From: Octopus vulgaris
Lineage: Eukaryota
DNA: 64,000 bases
Direction of reading: 5' to 3'
Assembly (NCBI GenBank): GCA_951406725.2
Contig: OX597834.1
Location: 31,248,001 to 31,312,000 of the forward strand
Positions 12,764-26,968 of the stretch are shown piece by piece; position 1 is the stretch's first letter; each line of letters starts with the position of its first letter. A program made the position numbers and the translations under genes. The notes beneath the pieces were generated by a model, which saw only the letters and a program-made list of their open reading frames with translations, ran no database searches and was not told the origin of the DNA.

Positions 12764-13330
12764 GACACTGCCTGCCTTAGGCTCCATCCAGTCGGTGTAG
12801 ATTCTTGGGATTTTTGTGTGTGTTGGTAGGGGGTGGGGGTTTGGGTTGGGATGGGAGACGTTAGGGGAAAAAAGCTGGGTTGGTTCGGGAAACGGGAAGG
12901 GTGGGCGGGTGGAGTTTTGGGGGAGCGAGGTGTTGGGGTAGGGTAGGGGTGCTGTGAAGTTAATGCCGGAAATGACGAAGTGCAGTGCATTGCGACCTTG
13001 AAAAAGACCTTGAAAACAAAAAAGAAAAAAAGAAAAAAAAAAAACTAGCTGCGGCTTTTTTTTTTTTTTTGGGAAATTATATTTTATTTTATTTTTTTTT
13101 TTGTTATTGGCATTTTTCTTCAGCATCCAGCATCGTTTTTTTTTTTGTTTTAAACATCGTGATTATTATTGTTATGATGATGATGATGATGGAAGATGCC
13201 GCCATGGGAAGTACACACTGTAAAAAAGAAGAAAAAACACCCTGTTGTTTTGTTGTTTATTTTTGTTTTGTTTTGTTTTGTTAACTTTTTTTGGTTCCCT
13301 ATATATATATATATATACACTATATATATG

Positions 13331-13372
<42 letters not shown>

Positions 13373-13587
13373 AAAAGTAGCTGAGTTCTTGTGGTGAGGT
13401 CTGTCTGTCTGTCTGTCTCTCTGTTTGTCTGCCTGCCTGCCTGTCTGTCTGGTGTTTTTTTTTTTTTTTTTTTTTTTTTCAAATCGACAAAAGTACAGAA
13501 CTGGACTGAAAGAGAAAGAACACTGTGAAATGAAATGAAATCAAATCTGATAACGAAGGAGTTTTAGGGTTTATTAATCACTACCAT

Positions 13588-13644
<57 letters not shown>

Positions 13645-14033
13645 GTTGTTATTGTTATTATTTTGTATGTATATATATGTACATATACCTATATATATAT
13701 TTTCTGTTTTATATATATATATATTTATATATATATATGTATACACACACACATACATACATACACATGCATGTATATATACACATATAATTTAATTTTT
13801 ATGTTATATAATGTGTGTATGTATGTATGTATATATATACATTTTTATATTATATAGTGTGTATATATATAAAATTTTATATATGCTATATATTTATGCA
13901 TATGGCTTTTATATATATATATATATACATATTCTATATATGGATGTATAAATGTATGCATATGGCTTTTATATATATATACATATATATACATATTCTA
14001 TATATGTATGTATAAATGTATGCATATGGCCTT

Positions 14034-14066
<33 letters not shown>

Positions 14067-14352
14067 ATAGATATATTATATGCTATATGTATATGCTATG
14101 TATATATACCACATTTATGTATAATATTTGTTTTGTGAAATATTTTCTGTTTTTTATAAACCTCAAACTCTGGAGATAATTTTGTTGTTTCTTTTGTTTT
14201 TTTTTTGTTTTTGTTACTTTCATTTTTTTTTTGCTTAAATTGTTCCTTTTCATTTTCTTTTTTCTTTTTTTTTTGTTGGCTATTGACAGTGATTTTAAAA
14301 TTTTAGAAGAGGAAAGAGGCAGAAGGGGAAGTGTGGTGATTCTTTTGTTTTT

Positions 14353-14354
<2 letters not shown>

Positions 14355-14404
<50 letters not shown>

Positions 14405-14980
14405 GGCAGTGAGCTGGGAGAATCATTAGCATGCTGGACGAAATGCTTAGTGGTACTTCGCCTGGCGCTATGTTCTGAGTTCAAATTCTGCTGAGGTTGC
14501 CTTTGCCTTTCATCCTTTCAGGGTCGCTAAAAATAAGTACCAGTTGAACACTGGGATCACTGTAATCGATTCTTCCCCTCCCCTAAAATGGTTGCCCTTG
14601 TGGCAAAAATTTGAAACCATTATTATTATTATCATTATCATTATTATTATTTTGTCAGAAGGCAATGAGCTGGCAGAATGATTGTCACACGGGGGGCACA
14701 ATGCTTTGCAGCTTTTATCGTTTGCCTTTTACATTCTGATTTCGAATTCCGTGGAGGTTGACTTTGCCTTTCATCATTTAAGGACCGATTAAAAATGAGT
14801 ACCAGTTGTGTTCTGGGGTTGATGTAATCGACTTTCCCCCTCCCCTAAAAGTGCTGACCTTCTGACAAAATTTGAAATCATCATTATTCACTAGTATTAT
14901 TATTATTATTATTATTATTAAGGTGTCAGCTGGCAGAATCGTTAGCACAGAATTGCTACCTTTGTGGCAAAATTTGAAAC

Positions 14981-15025
<45 letters not shown>

Positions 15026-15290
15026 GGCAGCAAGCTGACAGAAATGTTAGCATGCCAGGTAAAATGCTTAGCAGCGTTTTATCCATCTTTACATTCTGAA
15101 TTCAAATTCCCCCAAGGTTGACCTTGCCTTTCATCCTTTTGGGGTTGATTAAATAAGTACCAGTTATGCACTGGTGTTGATGTAATCAACTTACCCACTT
15201 CCCCAAAATTTCAGGCCTTATGCCTATAGTGGAAAGGATTATTATTGTTGTTGTTATTATTATTATTATCATTATTATTATTATTTTATA
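14355..15290 (+). mobile_element. Chain of SINE family B copies separated by (ATT)n
   Basis: Three to four head-to-tail copies starting near 14402, 14660, 14920 (partial) and 15023. Confidence 0.8.
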
Positions 15291-18200
15291 TGTAACTAGA
15301 TCAGGAAAATATATCTTTAAGCAGAGAGATGGTGGTACATTGCATTTTCACTGTTCAACAAGGCATTGAAACTTTTTTTTAAGTACTGTATTTGATGGCA
15401 TAAAAGAAGCATGTGCATATTAGATGCACCCTAATTTCAACAACACATATTCAGAGGAAAAGGTTAGCTTATGAGAGATCCAGTTTTGCATATAGGACCT
15501 GGGGTGGTATTTTTGAGACATTTAGTTTTTGATTTTGTTTTTTTTTTTTTTTTTTTTTTTTTCAGGGGTGAAGATGGGGGACAAAAAAAGATTTGCATCT
15601 TACATGCCATCAAATATAGTGAGACTAATAAATGAGGATAATTGTGATGAATGTAAAAAAAAAAAAAAAAAAAGTGAACTGAAGAAAAAAACATTTTATT
15701 AATTTTATATTAAAAATAGAACAAAAAAAAAAAACACATTGTGAAATTATTTAACATGGATAAAATTAACGAGAATGAAGAGGAACAAACGTTTATAGTA
15801 ACAACAACAACAACATCGTCATTGTCATAACAAGATGACAGGAATATGTTGATAGTTATGAGGAGGAGGCAGAAGAGGATCAGGATGATACTGCAGGAGG
15901 AGGGATTATTGATTAAAAACTACACAAGAGAAAGAAACAAGAAAAAAACAAAAAGAAACAGGTGATTGATTGTGTATAAAATATTCTGTGATAATTATTT
16001 TGTGCATATAAATAATATGGTTGCCATGGTGATTAGATGGACACTGGCTGCTGCTGCTGTAGATGGCTGGACACTGACTGATGAGTACGGTAAGTGGACG
16101 TTGGTGAGTGGTGACTGGTAAGGAAGGTACAGTGGTATTGCTGTGACGCTAAATCTGGAGAGGTAAAAGTATGGTTCTGGGTTGACATGGAACTTCTGCA
16201 TCAATTGAGAACTATAACTCTCTTTCTCTCACATGCACACATTGTGCTGCTATTGCTCCCCCCACACACACACACAGTGTATTGTGGGGAGGGTTGTGCC
16301 ACCATTTTGCTGTTATTGAAGTAGTAGTTTCCTCCCTGTTCATCAAACCCTATGTTTTTTTCAATGAACTTTGTAAACAAAAGTCAAAAGTACTTGAAGA
16401 GTTGGGAGCTAAACATGTATGTAATGAGTTAAAGTTACATAACTTCTGGCCAGCTTTCTTTGGAAACATATATAGTACATATTTACCTGTTTCATTCCCT
16501 ACTCCCAATGATATATATACGTGTGTGTGTGTGCGTGTGTATGTTTTGTATAAATCTTTAGTTTAGTTTCCCTAAATGTAGAATTAATTCTGTAACCAGA
16601 ATAATCTAGAAGGCAGACGATGGCTGTATTGGGTTATGTCCCCTTATGTTTTAAGTTCAAATCCCATAAAGGTTGGTTTTGACTTCCATATTTCAGGGTT
16701 TGTCATTGTTGTTTGGCTCCACGTCAGCTCTGATCCAGTCGCCCTATGATGAAAGGCATTTCAGGCCTGGTTATCCTGACTATTGGATCTGTCCTTCCTT
16801 CTTTTTTTAAGGCAGTATGTTATGAGGGAAATTTGTCTGCTATTTGTAGCAAACAAGTTAACCACATAGAAGCTTTCTCATTGACTCTTTTTCATTGATT
16901 GACCCCCCACCTCCCGCCAACATTTTAACTAGTCATATCAGTTGCAAATATTCCACCTGTTTTGTGTTCAAACTGGCCAGATCTGGCCTCTTACACCTAC
17001 CCTACAATGCCGTTATAAAAATAAACACATCATTAGAATCTTGAAGCTGTGAAATAATAGCTGTCTGCTTCAAAACGATGGGAATAAATAAGCATTACAT
17101 TTGATGGAGGAGGAATCTGAATGGTGAAGGGTTGAGGATGTCATGGTCGGATTGTTTGGTGCCAAAAGTTGTGCAAACTTATGTCCTTAAAGAAGGAATT
17201 CAGTGCACATGACTCTTTAAGGGGCCTCCAAGACTGGTGGAAGGGAGAGAGAGAGAGAGGAAGGTATCCTCTTCAAACAGAGGACTTGGTCCCAAATACA
17301 ACAGACTGGTTACTCACCAAAGATACCCAAGGTGGTGGCATTAAACCAGTTGACAAATTATGTCTTCCACCCAAGTTGGAAGGCCATGATTGGATTTGTA
17401 CTCAGAATGCAAAGAACCAGAAAAAATACCGTAAAGTATTTTCTTATCATTACCATCATCATCATCTGTTTGTCTTCCATGCTGGCATGAGTTGGACTGT
17501 TCTACAAGCTAGAGGACTCCGTTGTACTCCAGAGCCTGCTATAGCTCGGTGCCCTGCCTAACACCAACCACTTTACTGTGTGTACTGGGTGCTTTTCCTT
17601 TCTTCCTTTTGTAGCACTGGCACTTGTGACGTTTCTGAGTAACTCCTAAGGCAAAGGGAAAGAGCACTTGGCTTCCTAGGATGCGATGAAGAGGTTGGGG
17701 GCGTTTTATGCCAGGTGTTGAGAGATTAAAGCATGATGGAAAGACAAGAACAAGTGACTTGCTAGAGAAGGGTTACATGGCTAATCCCCGCATTATATAT
17801 GGACAGCTTGAAAGAAGACAATGATGGAAACGAGGAAGGGTCATAACTTTCTGCCAGAGGACTGAGGTGAGCTCCACTGTGCAGGATTTCTACTGCTGGA
17901 CACTCTTTCTAATACCAACCACTTTGCAGAGTTTTGACCGAGTGGGGTGTGGCAGAGGGGAATAGGTGGCTTTGTGCCAGGGACAGGCATAGAAGTCCTG
18001 CTGTAGAGAAGCTACATGGCTACCTCCTGCAATATATAAGGGTGGCTGGTGATGATGAGGGGTCAGGGCTTAGAAGCAGAGGACTGCATCGTGCTCCAGT
18101 GTCTGTTTTGGCATAACTTCTATGGCTGGAGACCCTTCCTAGCATCTGCCAGATTACAGAGTGTACAGGGTGCTTTCTTTTTGTGATGCTGGCAGTAGTG

Positions 18201-20919
18201 AGGTCACCGAGTAACTCACAAGACAAGGGAAAAGAAAAGAGACTCCTTAACTGAGTGGGGATGTAATAAAGGGGTCAGGGGACTTTATGGCTGGTGATGC
18301 GATTAAAGTATAAGAGAGAGAGGAACAGGTGTCTTGGTATAACTGAGAGACAAGACTGCTCTTTGCATTGTATGAGGATGAGTGAAAGTAACTAGTAAGA
18401 ACAAAAACTCGAGATAAAAGAAGGTGAGTGTAAGAAAGAATGCAGAAAAAGGATCAGGAAAGGTGGGGAAGTAGATAAGTTTATTCCCTAATTGAATGCT
18501 TTGGATTAGTATGTTTTTCTTTTTATCGCCTCTGAAAGGATGAAAGGCAGAGTTGACCTCAGCGGGATTTGAACTCATGGCAGATGGAGAAAATACCATG
18601 AAGCTTTCCATCCAATGTTCTGGTGACTCTGTTTATTCTCTGCCTCTAGACCAAGAATGGACAAATTTAGTTTTTTTGAGAAGCAGGTTGCATGAGACGT
18701 GGGTCATCATCAAGCAGCCACACTACTAAAAATACTTCAAGGTAATTTTTCATAAGGCCTGCCATTCTGAAAATCCTGCAGGGCTGCAGTTAATCCATAA
18801 CTTGTTCTGACCAGCACATCTGGGGACGTTTCTATGTATGTGTAATGTCTTTTTTTTCTCTCTCTCTCTCTCTCTCTGTATGTTTCCCTGCCTGTGTGTG
18901 CAATGGAGGTGTTTGCCTCCAGTACCAAAACAGGTTCAATGTCCAGTCTGCAATACCAAATTATCAGTATCCAGACAGCTGCCCCTGGTCATCTCATTGA
19001 CTGATTGTAGTCCTTTAAATCCCAGACATAGGCAACCCTTTTCCAGAAGCAAGCCACATGAGATTTTGCTCATCATGGGCTGCACCACTTAAAAAATTCA
19101 GGGTAATTTTTAGTTAAAGGTGCCATTCAGAAAGTCCCATAGGGCCTCAGTTTGGCCCTGACTAAATCCAGACTAAGCCATTCAAAAAAGAAAAATTCTT
19201 CTTCACATCTAATCCCCACTCCCCAACGAATGTTCCAAAGTCATTGTTATTTTAGCCCCAAATGAACTTTAATCAGGCAATTCTCTAGCCATGACCATCT
19301 CGTTTGTTCAGAGATATCTAGGGTTATATTATTTAAAACATCTTTTATCCTTTTTATTAGGACAGTTGGGTTTGTGGTTCAAGAAAGATCTGGTTGCAAT
19401 TTTTTTCTTGCAGATTACAGTAATAATGTAGACAAGGGTCTCATATTCGTTTATCTGAATCCACTAACAGCCAGTTAGCAGGAATTGGTAATTCTTGGTA
19501 CAAGGTTCAATTCCTGTTAAAGACATGAGTCGTGCCAAACTAATGGAGAACCCTTGGTCTGTTAGAAATAGCAGCTAAATCCCTCTTGAATTATACCACT
19601 TGTTTGCCTTAAAACAGGGAAGAACTTGTTAGACAATGTAGTAGATTCCAATACCTGAACAGAGAGGATGGTCATGGCTGGAATGTCTTTGATATAGAGA
19701 AATACCTGATCAGGACTAACCTGAGATTAAACAATGGCTGAAGAGGAAAATCCAGTTTCCATGGAAACTCAATGCTCACACACACACACACACATATGCG
19801 TCTCTCTCTCTCTCTCTTTCTCTTACATTTTCCACTTCACAAGCAATAAAAGACCATCTTTCACTTGAGTGGACAGTTTCACTCCACTCCAGGTGACCAA
19901 TTACATTCCACTCTATATAACTAGTCATCCCCTCACTCCAGACAACCAGTTACTTTCCACTCCAGTTAACCAATCACCCTCCACTCAAGATAGCCACTCC
20001 AAGCTGTCTGCTATCTCTGGAAGGAGCAGTGATCAAGTGTTTCCGAAGTGACTGTTTGTAGGTCAAGTGGACAAAACAGACTCCATTCTGGATTCCAGTT
20101 GACAGATAAACTCTCAAGTGAGGTGTCACTCTGTGGGATGGTCATATAATCAAATATTTTTGATTGATTTAAAACATCATCATTGTCACCCTTTTGACTG
20201 GATCCAGGGAACCTGAGGACTGCATCATGCCCTGCTTTGCCATGGTTGCTATAGCTGGATGTTCTTCCTGATGCTGACCACTTTACAGAGTGTACCAAAT
20301 GCTTGTTTCATGTCACCAGTGCTAGTCCCACTACTAGATATGACAGTGCCCCTGCTTGTGGTCAGTAATAAGCCGCCTGAGAAAACTGTCCTTTTGAAGG
20401 GAGGCCCACTTGAGGCCACTGATTTCTCAGTCCAGCCAGATTATCTACCAGAATCAAAGTATGAGTTCTTTGTAGCTTTCTCTTGCTCCATTTCTCTTCC
20501 CAAATAATCCCAGAAGATATACAGGGGTAACACTGCTGCTTGTCCATAGACTATGCTGTTGAAATTAGGGAGGCAAAAAAATTTTAAAAAGGAAAAAGAA
20601 CCTTAGAGACACAGTTCTATACTTGTTCTTAATTTTAAAAGGAACTGGTGGGGGTTCATTCCATCATGAGGTGCTGCACTGCTTGACCCTTTAGTAAGAC
20701 CTTACATTACACTAAACATTGGACATTCATTGAGACATTGAGTGACAGGGAATGCAGGACCATAACAAAATAATGAGACAAGGGGGTAGGAGAGAGGGAG
20801 AACTGAATTAAGATAGGGGCTCTCACTACTGGGTGGCTTATATTTTTATTCAGTAGCTTCAGTGTTTCAATTTTGGAATCATATCTCTAAATATGAAGCA
20901 GGTTTCTATGATGATATAT

Positions 20920-21072
20920 AGATAAGGAAATAATTTTAATCTCAAATGCAGGATAATGCTAATAATATAGCATGAACAGGATTAACTATCCAAATTATAT
21001 GGATAGATTATCCTGTTCATGGTATATTTATAGCATGATCCTGCATTTGAGATTAAAATTATTTCCTTATCT
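20920..21072. repeat. 153-bp foldback inverted repeat (~73-bp arms, ~7-nt loop)
   Basis: agataaggaaataattttaatctcaaatgcaggat... pairs with ...atcctgcatttgagattaaaattatttccttatct. Confidence 0.92.
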
Positions 21073-21712
21073 GTATCTTTCAAAACATCTCAGTGCTTCT
21101 AAAGCAAACTTTGTTGACTTTCAATATAAGTTTAATTTAACATATATATATATATATATGCATGTATGTATATATATTGTTTTGGGAACAAAGAAAGCAC
21201 TCTACTACAGTAGAGTGTAATGGTTTATTTATTGCAGACTTAGAGGTCTGTCACTCCATTTGAGTTTGCCTGGTATGTTACCAGTCCCTCATACAGGAAT
21301 TGGCAAATAGACATTGTTCTGCCGATTCCTGTGTCAGGGACTAAAACATGTCTGAGAATCTCTATGGCGACAAGCCTCTTGGTCCTCCTAAATAAACTAC
21401 CTGTGTATATACATATGTAGTATGTGTTGTATATAAACATGAGTATATGTCTTGGAGGAAAAAATGTGTATATAAAATTAACAAAAACAAATATAAAAAG
21501 GGTGTATTTAAGGACCCCACCCTCTTTATCCCCCCCTATTACCCAGATGAAGAAATTGAATTTATAAATGAGAAACGGAAAACTTTTGCTTATTTTGAAT
21601 AACAAATTCAATACAGAATATATAGTTTTTATGTAAAATCCTTATGGAACATGTGGCTCTGCATGTATTTATACAAAATATGTGTACATGTGTGTGTGTG
21701 AATGTGTGTATA

Positions 21713-21750
<38 letters not shown>

Positions 21751-23001
21751 CATACATGTATCTGTCTGGAAGTATGCATCAGTGCTTTTACCCATTGAAT
21801 TTGTCTTCTGTGAGTCAAACCTTAACAAATAAGGTTCCTTGTGAAAAATTTAAGCATAAAAATATGATGGAAAGTAATGGTTAACATTTTTTTTTTTTCT
21901 TGTTTTTATTTTAAACCGAATTTTATGAGAGAACTTCATTGCAGGAATGAAGTTGCGGGAAAGAGAGGTTGAGAGATAATCCCTCTCAAAAAAAAACAAA
22001 AAAAAACACTCTTATTTGTAGAGAGAATTATTTTAATATAATTATGGAAAGAAAAACGCATACAAAAAAAAAATTGTTTTCAAAGAAAATTTTGAGAAAA
22101 TAAAAAAAAAATCAAATATCTGCAAAAAAATTCAATAAAAAATCGAAACTGATTGACTGAAAATAAATGTTTGTAGAGAGAAATTTAGATATATTTTGGA
22201 GATTTTTCTGCTGAATAATTTTAAACCATTTTTCAAGCAGAGCGCTTATAATTTGAAATATTCTTTAGAAACAGTTTATTGGTTGTTTTTTTCACAAGAA
22301 ATCTGTGGAAAAAAATTAAAACAAACGAAAGATAGAAAATATTATCGTGAGGCTCTTTTGGAAGAGAAGAATATGTTACAGTGAAGAATAACTTCTTTAA
22401 CATAAAAAAAAAAAAATTGAGAAAAACGAGGACGAATTTAATTACACCGAAGTTGGAGTAAATATTTTAGTTTCTCTTTTTTTTTAAAAAAAAAAACAAC
22501 TTTTCTTTCAAGGGAAATAACTTTAAAATACTATTTACTATTTTTACTATTATCTCCCTTGATTGCTCATACCCATTCGCGACATTCCCACGTGTTTGTA
22601 GAAGACAGCCTGGACATTTCTGAAGACTTTTGCAGCATTTTCTACTGTAGGCCAAATATTTTTCTTTCTTTTAACCTAATTCTATTACTAACACTTCATA
22701 TGCTGTTTCTTAATTTTTAACGGAAAGAAGAAAAACAAATTAACAAGAAATTATTACGAATATCGGTTGTTTTCCAGTATTTCACCTCACACACCATTAT
22801 ATCATATACAACATATTTATTTATATACTAATAATAATAAATTTAAGTATATATTTATCTCTCGTCATTCCCTGCTCTCATGAATTTTTCTTCTCCAGCG
22901 TTAAATGCCTTCAAAAAACAGAGAAACGGAACAATTATTCCGTTTCTGTGGTTTGGGTTGCAAAATTCTTGATGTGAACTCGTGTGCTGAAACAGATCTT
23001 G

Positions 23002-23378
23002 GGCAATCTTTCGTCTCTAGTAGACCTTTCCGTCGATTTCCGTATACATACACACATACACCGAGTAAAAAATTTCAGTTATCTCTCTCTTTCACACATT
23101 ACTCTCTCTGTCTCTTCACACACACTAACAGAAGCACTCCACTTACACAACATACTGTCTGTCTCCCACACCCCATCAAACAAACACACACACACACACA
23201 CACATGTACATCAATGCTCCCATGCACGGTAACTTCAAAAGAACTTCCCTCGTCATACAATCGCTTTCTCGTAGTCTCTTTCGCTCTCATTACTTCAAAA
23301 GTTCCCGCAAGCCCATATGTAAAAAAAAATTTTTTTACGGAAATCGACGGAAAGGTCTACTAGAGACGAAAGATCGCC
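23002..23378. mobile_element. 377-bp MITE, 43-bp TIRs, 8-bp TSD (Merlin-like termini)
   Basis: TIRs 23002-23044 and 23336-23378 match at 42/43; TSD agatcttg at 22994-23001 and 23379-23386. Confidence 0.9.
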
Positions 23379-23679
23379 AGATCTTGTTTTGTCTCAGGTG
23401 TGTCGTTATACCAATAATAAACACACCTACTAGTTCTGTTTCACATTTTTATCATTATTAGTCAAATGGTTAACCGTTTAACCAACTGACTGAATAATAA
23501 GAATCATAATACATGTTAAATAGAAGCGGTGCGCCTGTCTATTATTGGACGTTTCTCCCGAAATATCAGCTAAATAATGAAACATGTTTTCTTTTCTCAT
23601 TCTCTAAACCTAAAAGAAGAAGAACCTACAGTGTCCTTCCTTGTAAAATTATAGTGAAAATGTTTATCTTATATTGAGT

Positions 23680-24050
23680 TTGGCTGTGTGGTAAGTAGCT
23701 TGCTTACCAACCACATGGTTTCGGGTTCAGTCCCACTGGGGGCATCTTGGGCAAGTGTCTTCTGCTATAGCCTCGGGCCGAGCAATGCCTTGTGAGTGGA
23801 TTTGGTAGACGGAAACTGAAAGAAGCCTGTCGTATATATGTATGTGTTTGTGTGTCTGTGTTTGTCCCCCTAGCATTGTTTGACATTGGTGTGTTTACGT
23901 TCCCGTCACCTAGCAGTTCGGCAAAAAGAGACCGATAGAATAAGTACTGGGCTGACAAAGAATAAGTCCCGGGGTCGATTTGCTCGACTAAAGGCGGTGC
24001 TCTAGCATGGCCGCAATCAAATAACTGAAACAAGTAAAAGAGTAAAGAGT
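23680..24050 (+). mobile_element. SINE family A copy
   Basis: tggctgtgtggtaagtagc...ggttcagtccc...gactgaaacaagtaaaagag architecture. Confidence 0.88.
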
Positions 24051-25309
24051 ATACATGCACATGTATACACACACACATATGTATTCAATGGTTTCCCGTC
24101 TATTGTGGCACTTAAAACAATATATGCCATTCATCAGACTATATTGCCGAGTGCCATAATAGACGTGAAAGCAATGGTCACTTACTGACCAACGACTACA
24201 TAATATATTATTCCTCAGAAAGAAATGTTTTAGAGTATGCTTTTCCTGGACATACGGACGACTAACTGATATGTGTGTGTACGTGTGCGTGCTATATGTA
24301 TGTATTTGTGCGTGGATATATATATAATCTTAAATGACACAAGTATGGAGATTTATAGTCAGGACTCCATGTGTCCGTACCAACAATACGATGATTGTTG
24401 CACTTCTTCATCTATCGTAATCTCGCTGCTTGTGAAACCATCAATTACGGTCTTATGCTTCTTGTATCTTTGACACCTAAGTCTCCATCCTTGTGTCTGC
24501 TCTATGGGATGTCACAGAGAGCTGCCTGGCTTTCTCCTCGGTTTCCAACCGCACCTCTACCGTTGTGTACTTCGTTCCTCTGGTAAAGTATGTAACGTCG
24601 GATCTTTTCCTTTTGATAGCCAGATTTCAACCCAATTTCTAGTTACTTAAACAATTTGAAACTTTGTATAATGGTAGAATGTGTCAAAAGAAAACATCAT
24701 TTTCACTTGGGTTTTTTGATAAATTTGTAATTTGTAAGTTTAACGTAGTTTAATTCTTCGAATTTTAACCAATGAATCGCCAGTATTTGAGCTGAAATCA
24801 TTTGCTGCGTCTAAAAACTCAGACTGGGCTTTGATACCATTTCCACTTGTTGCAACCTCAATTCTTTTTAGTTTCAAATTGTACGTTCTGTACACAATTG
24901 TCTTTAACGTTGTAGCCCTTGTAACTTTGCTAGGAGGGGGTCACCTTGACCTCGTACCCCTCTCTTATTAAATCCTTGCACCTCACCATCTCCCGCCTCC
25001 TAAAACGGATTTCTTCTTTTGAGACTCCGGCTGCAGCTGCATAACTCATCTTTTCTTTTACAATATTTTCATCACCTTCCAGCTTCCTTTCCGTACTGTC
25101 AATACATTTTAACAGCTCCGACAACGACGATTCCATGTTGGACGAACTTATACTTTCGTACTTCATGCTCGAAAACAAATGCAGCGCTCCCCCTTTCAAG
25201 CAAGGGGGGAAAACGTTAGCAGTACTGTCGCACGGCAGCAAAACAAAGTGTTTTAACAACACACAAAAATAACAATGTTCAACAGTAAATTAACGCTAAC
25301 AAGCTATAC

Positions 25310-25660
25310 GGAGTGGCTGTGTGGTAAGTAGCTTGCTAACCAACCACATGGTTCCGGGTTCAGTCCCACTGCGTGGTCCTTGGGCAAGTGTCTTCTACTA
25401 TAGCCTCGGGCCGACCAATGCCTTGTGAGTGGATTTGGTAGACGGAAACTGAAAGAAGCCTGTCGTATATGTGTATGTTTGTGTGTTGTATTTGCCCTCC
25501 TCCTCTAACATCGCTTGACAACCGTAACTTAGCAGTTTGGCAAAAGAGACTGATGGAATAAGTACTAGGCTTACAAGGAATAAGTCCCGGGGTCGATTTG
25601 CTCGACTAAAGGCGGTGCTCCAGCATGGCCACAGTCAAATGACTGAAACAAGTAAATGAA
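25310..25660 (+). mobile_element. SINE family A copy
   Basis: Same architecture, with an internal deletion. Confidence 0.88.
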
Positions 25661-26289
25661 ATGAATAAATGAACGATAACCAATTCAACGAGAGGAGAGA
25701 GAGAGAGTGATGGAATCAATTGTGCGTCCTCGTTTATTTTAATCGCAATATCATTGTTTAACGTCCGTTTTACACGCTGGCATGGAAAGCCAGGTCTGGA
25801 AAGCCAGCAGCTGCACCAGGATCCAGTTTGATCTGGCAATGTTTCTACTGCTGGATGCCCTTCCTAACACCAACCACTCTAAGAGTGTAGTGGGTGCTTT
25901 TTACATGGTACCAGCACAGGATCCAGTCAGGTGGCCCTGGCATCGATTACGTTTGGATAGTGCTTATTTGCGTGCCACTTGTACAGGAGCCAGTCAAGAG
26001 GCACTGGCATGGGCCATGTTCAGATGGTGCTTTTTATGTGCCACCGGCACAGGAACCAGTCAGGTGGACCTGACGTCAACCACATTCGGATGACCTGCCG
26101 TATAACTAGCGGTTTTTAATTAATTAAACAAACACAGTATTTGTTATGTATTAATTAGTTCAAATCATGACATATATATATGCACGTCGGGCTTCTTTCA
26201 GTTTCCATCCACTGAAAAGAATATTGTCAGCCTTAAGCCAGATTAGTTATGTTTAGTAAAAAAGTAACTTATTTACCTAAGTTTTACCT

Positions 26290-26931
26290 TCAAAAATAGT
26301 CACATTGTGCAACGATACATCGCCCCCCCCCCCCACTGTTCCTGTCACTTGGAATCTGGCCTAGAAGTAGTCTGAGTTGCGGACCTTCTGCAGTTCACTC
26401 TTGATCTCAACAACGGTTTTAAAAGGGTGACCTTTGAACTACATTTTCATCTTGGAGAAGAGATTGAAGTCTGCAGGAGCTAAATCTGGCGAATAGGGTG
26501 GTAGTGGAAGCGATACCATGTTAATTTTGGCGAGACACACACGAGAGAGGAGAATTTGGTGACAAGGTGTCATCACGAAGAATGCAATTCTCCACGCTCC
26601 ACAGATCCGGTCGCTTTCTCCAAATGTCCTCCCTCAAACATTTCAAAACATTGAAGTAAAACTCTCGATTGACAGTTTGGTCCTGGAGGACGAATTCTCA
26701 ATGCAAAATATCGTGCATATGCTCTTTTACTTGTTTCAGTCATGTGACTGTGGCCATGCTGGAGCACCGCCTTTAGTCGATCAAATCGACCCCATGACTT
26801 ATTCTTTGTAAGCCTAGTACTTATTTTATCGGTCTCTTTTTTTTGCCGAACTGCTAAGTTACGGGGACGTAAACACACCAGCATCGATTGTCAAGCGATG
26901 CTAGGGGGACAAACACAGACACACAAACATG

Positions 26932-26968
<37 letters not shown>

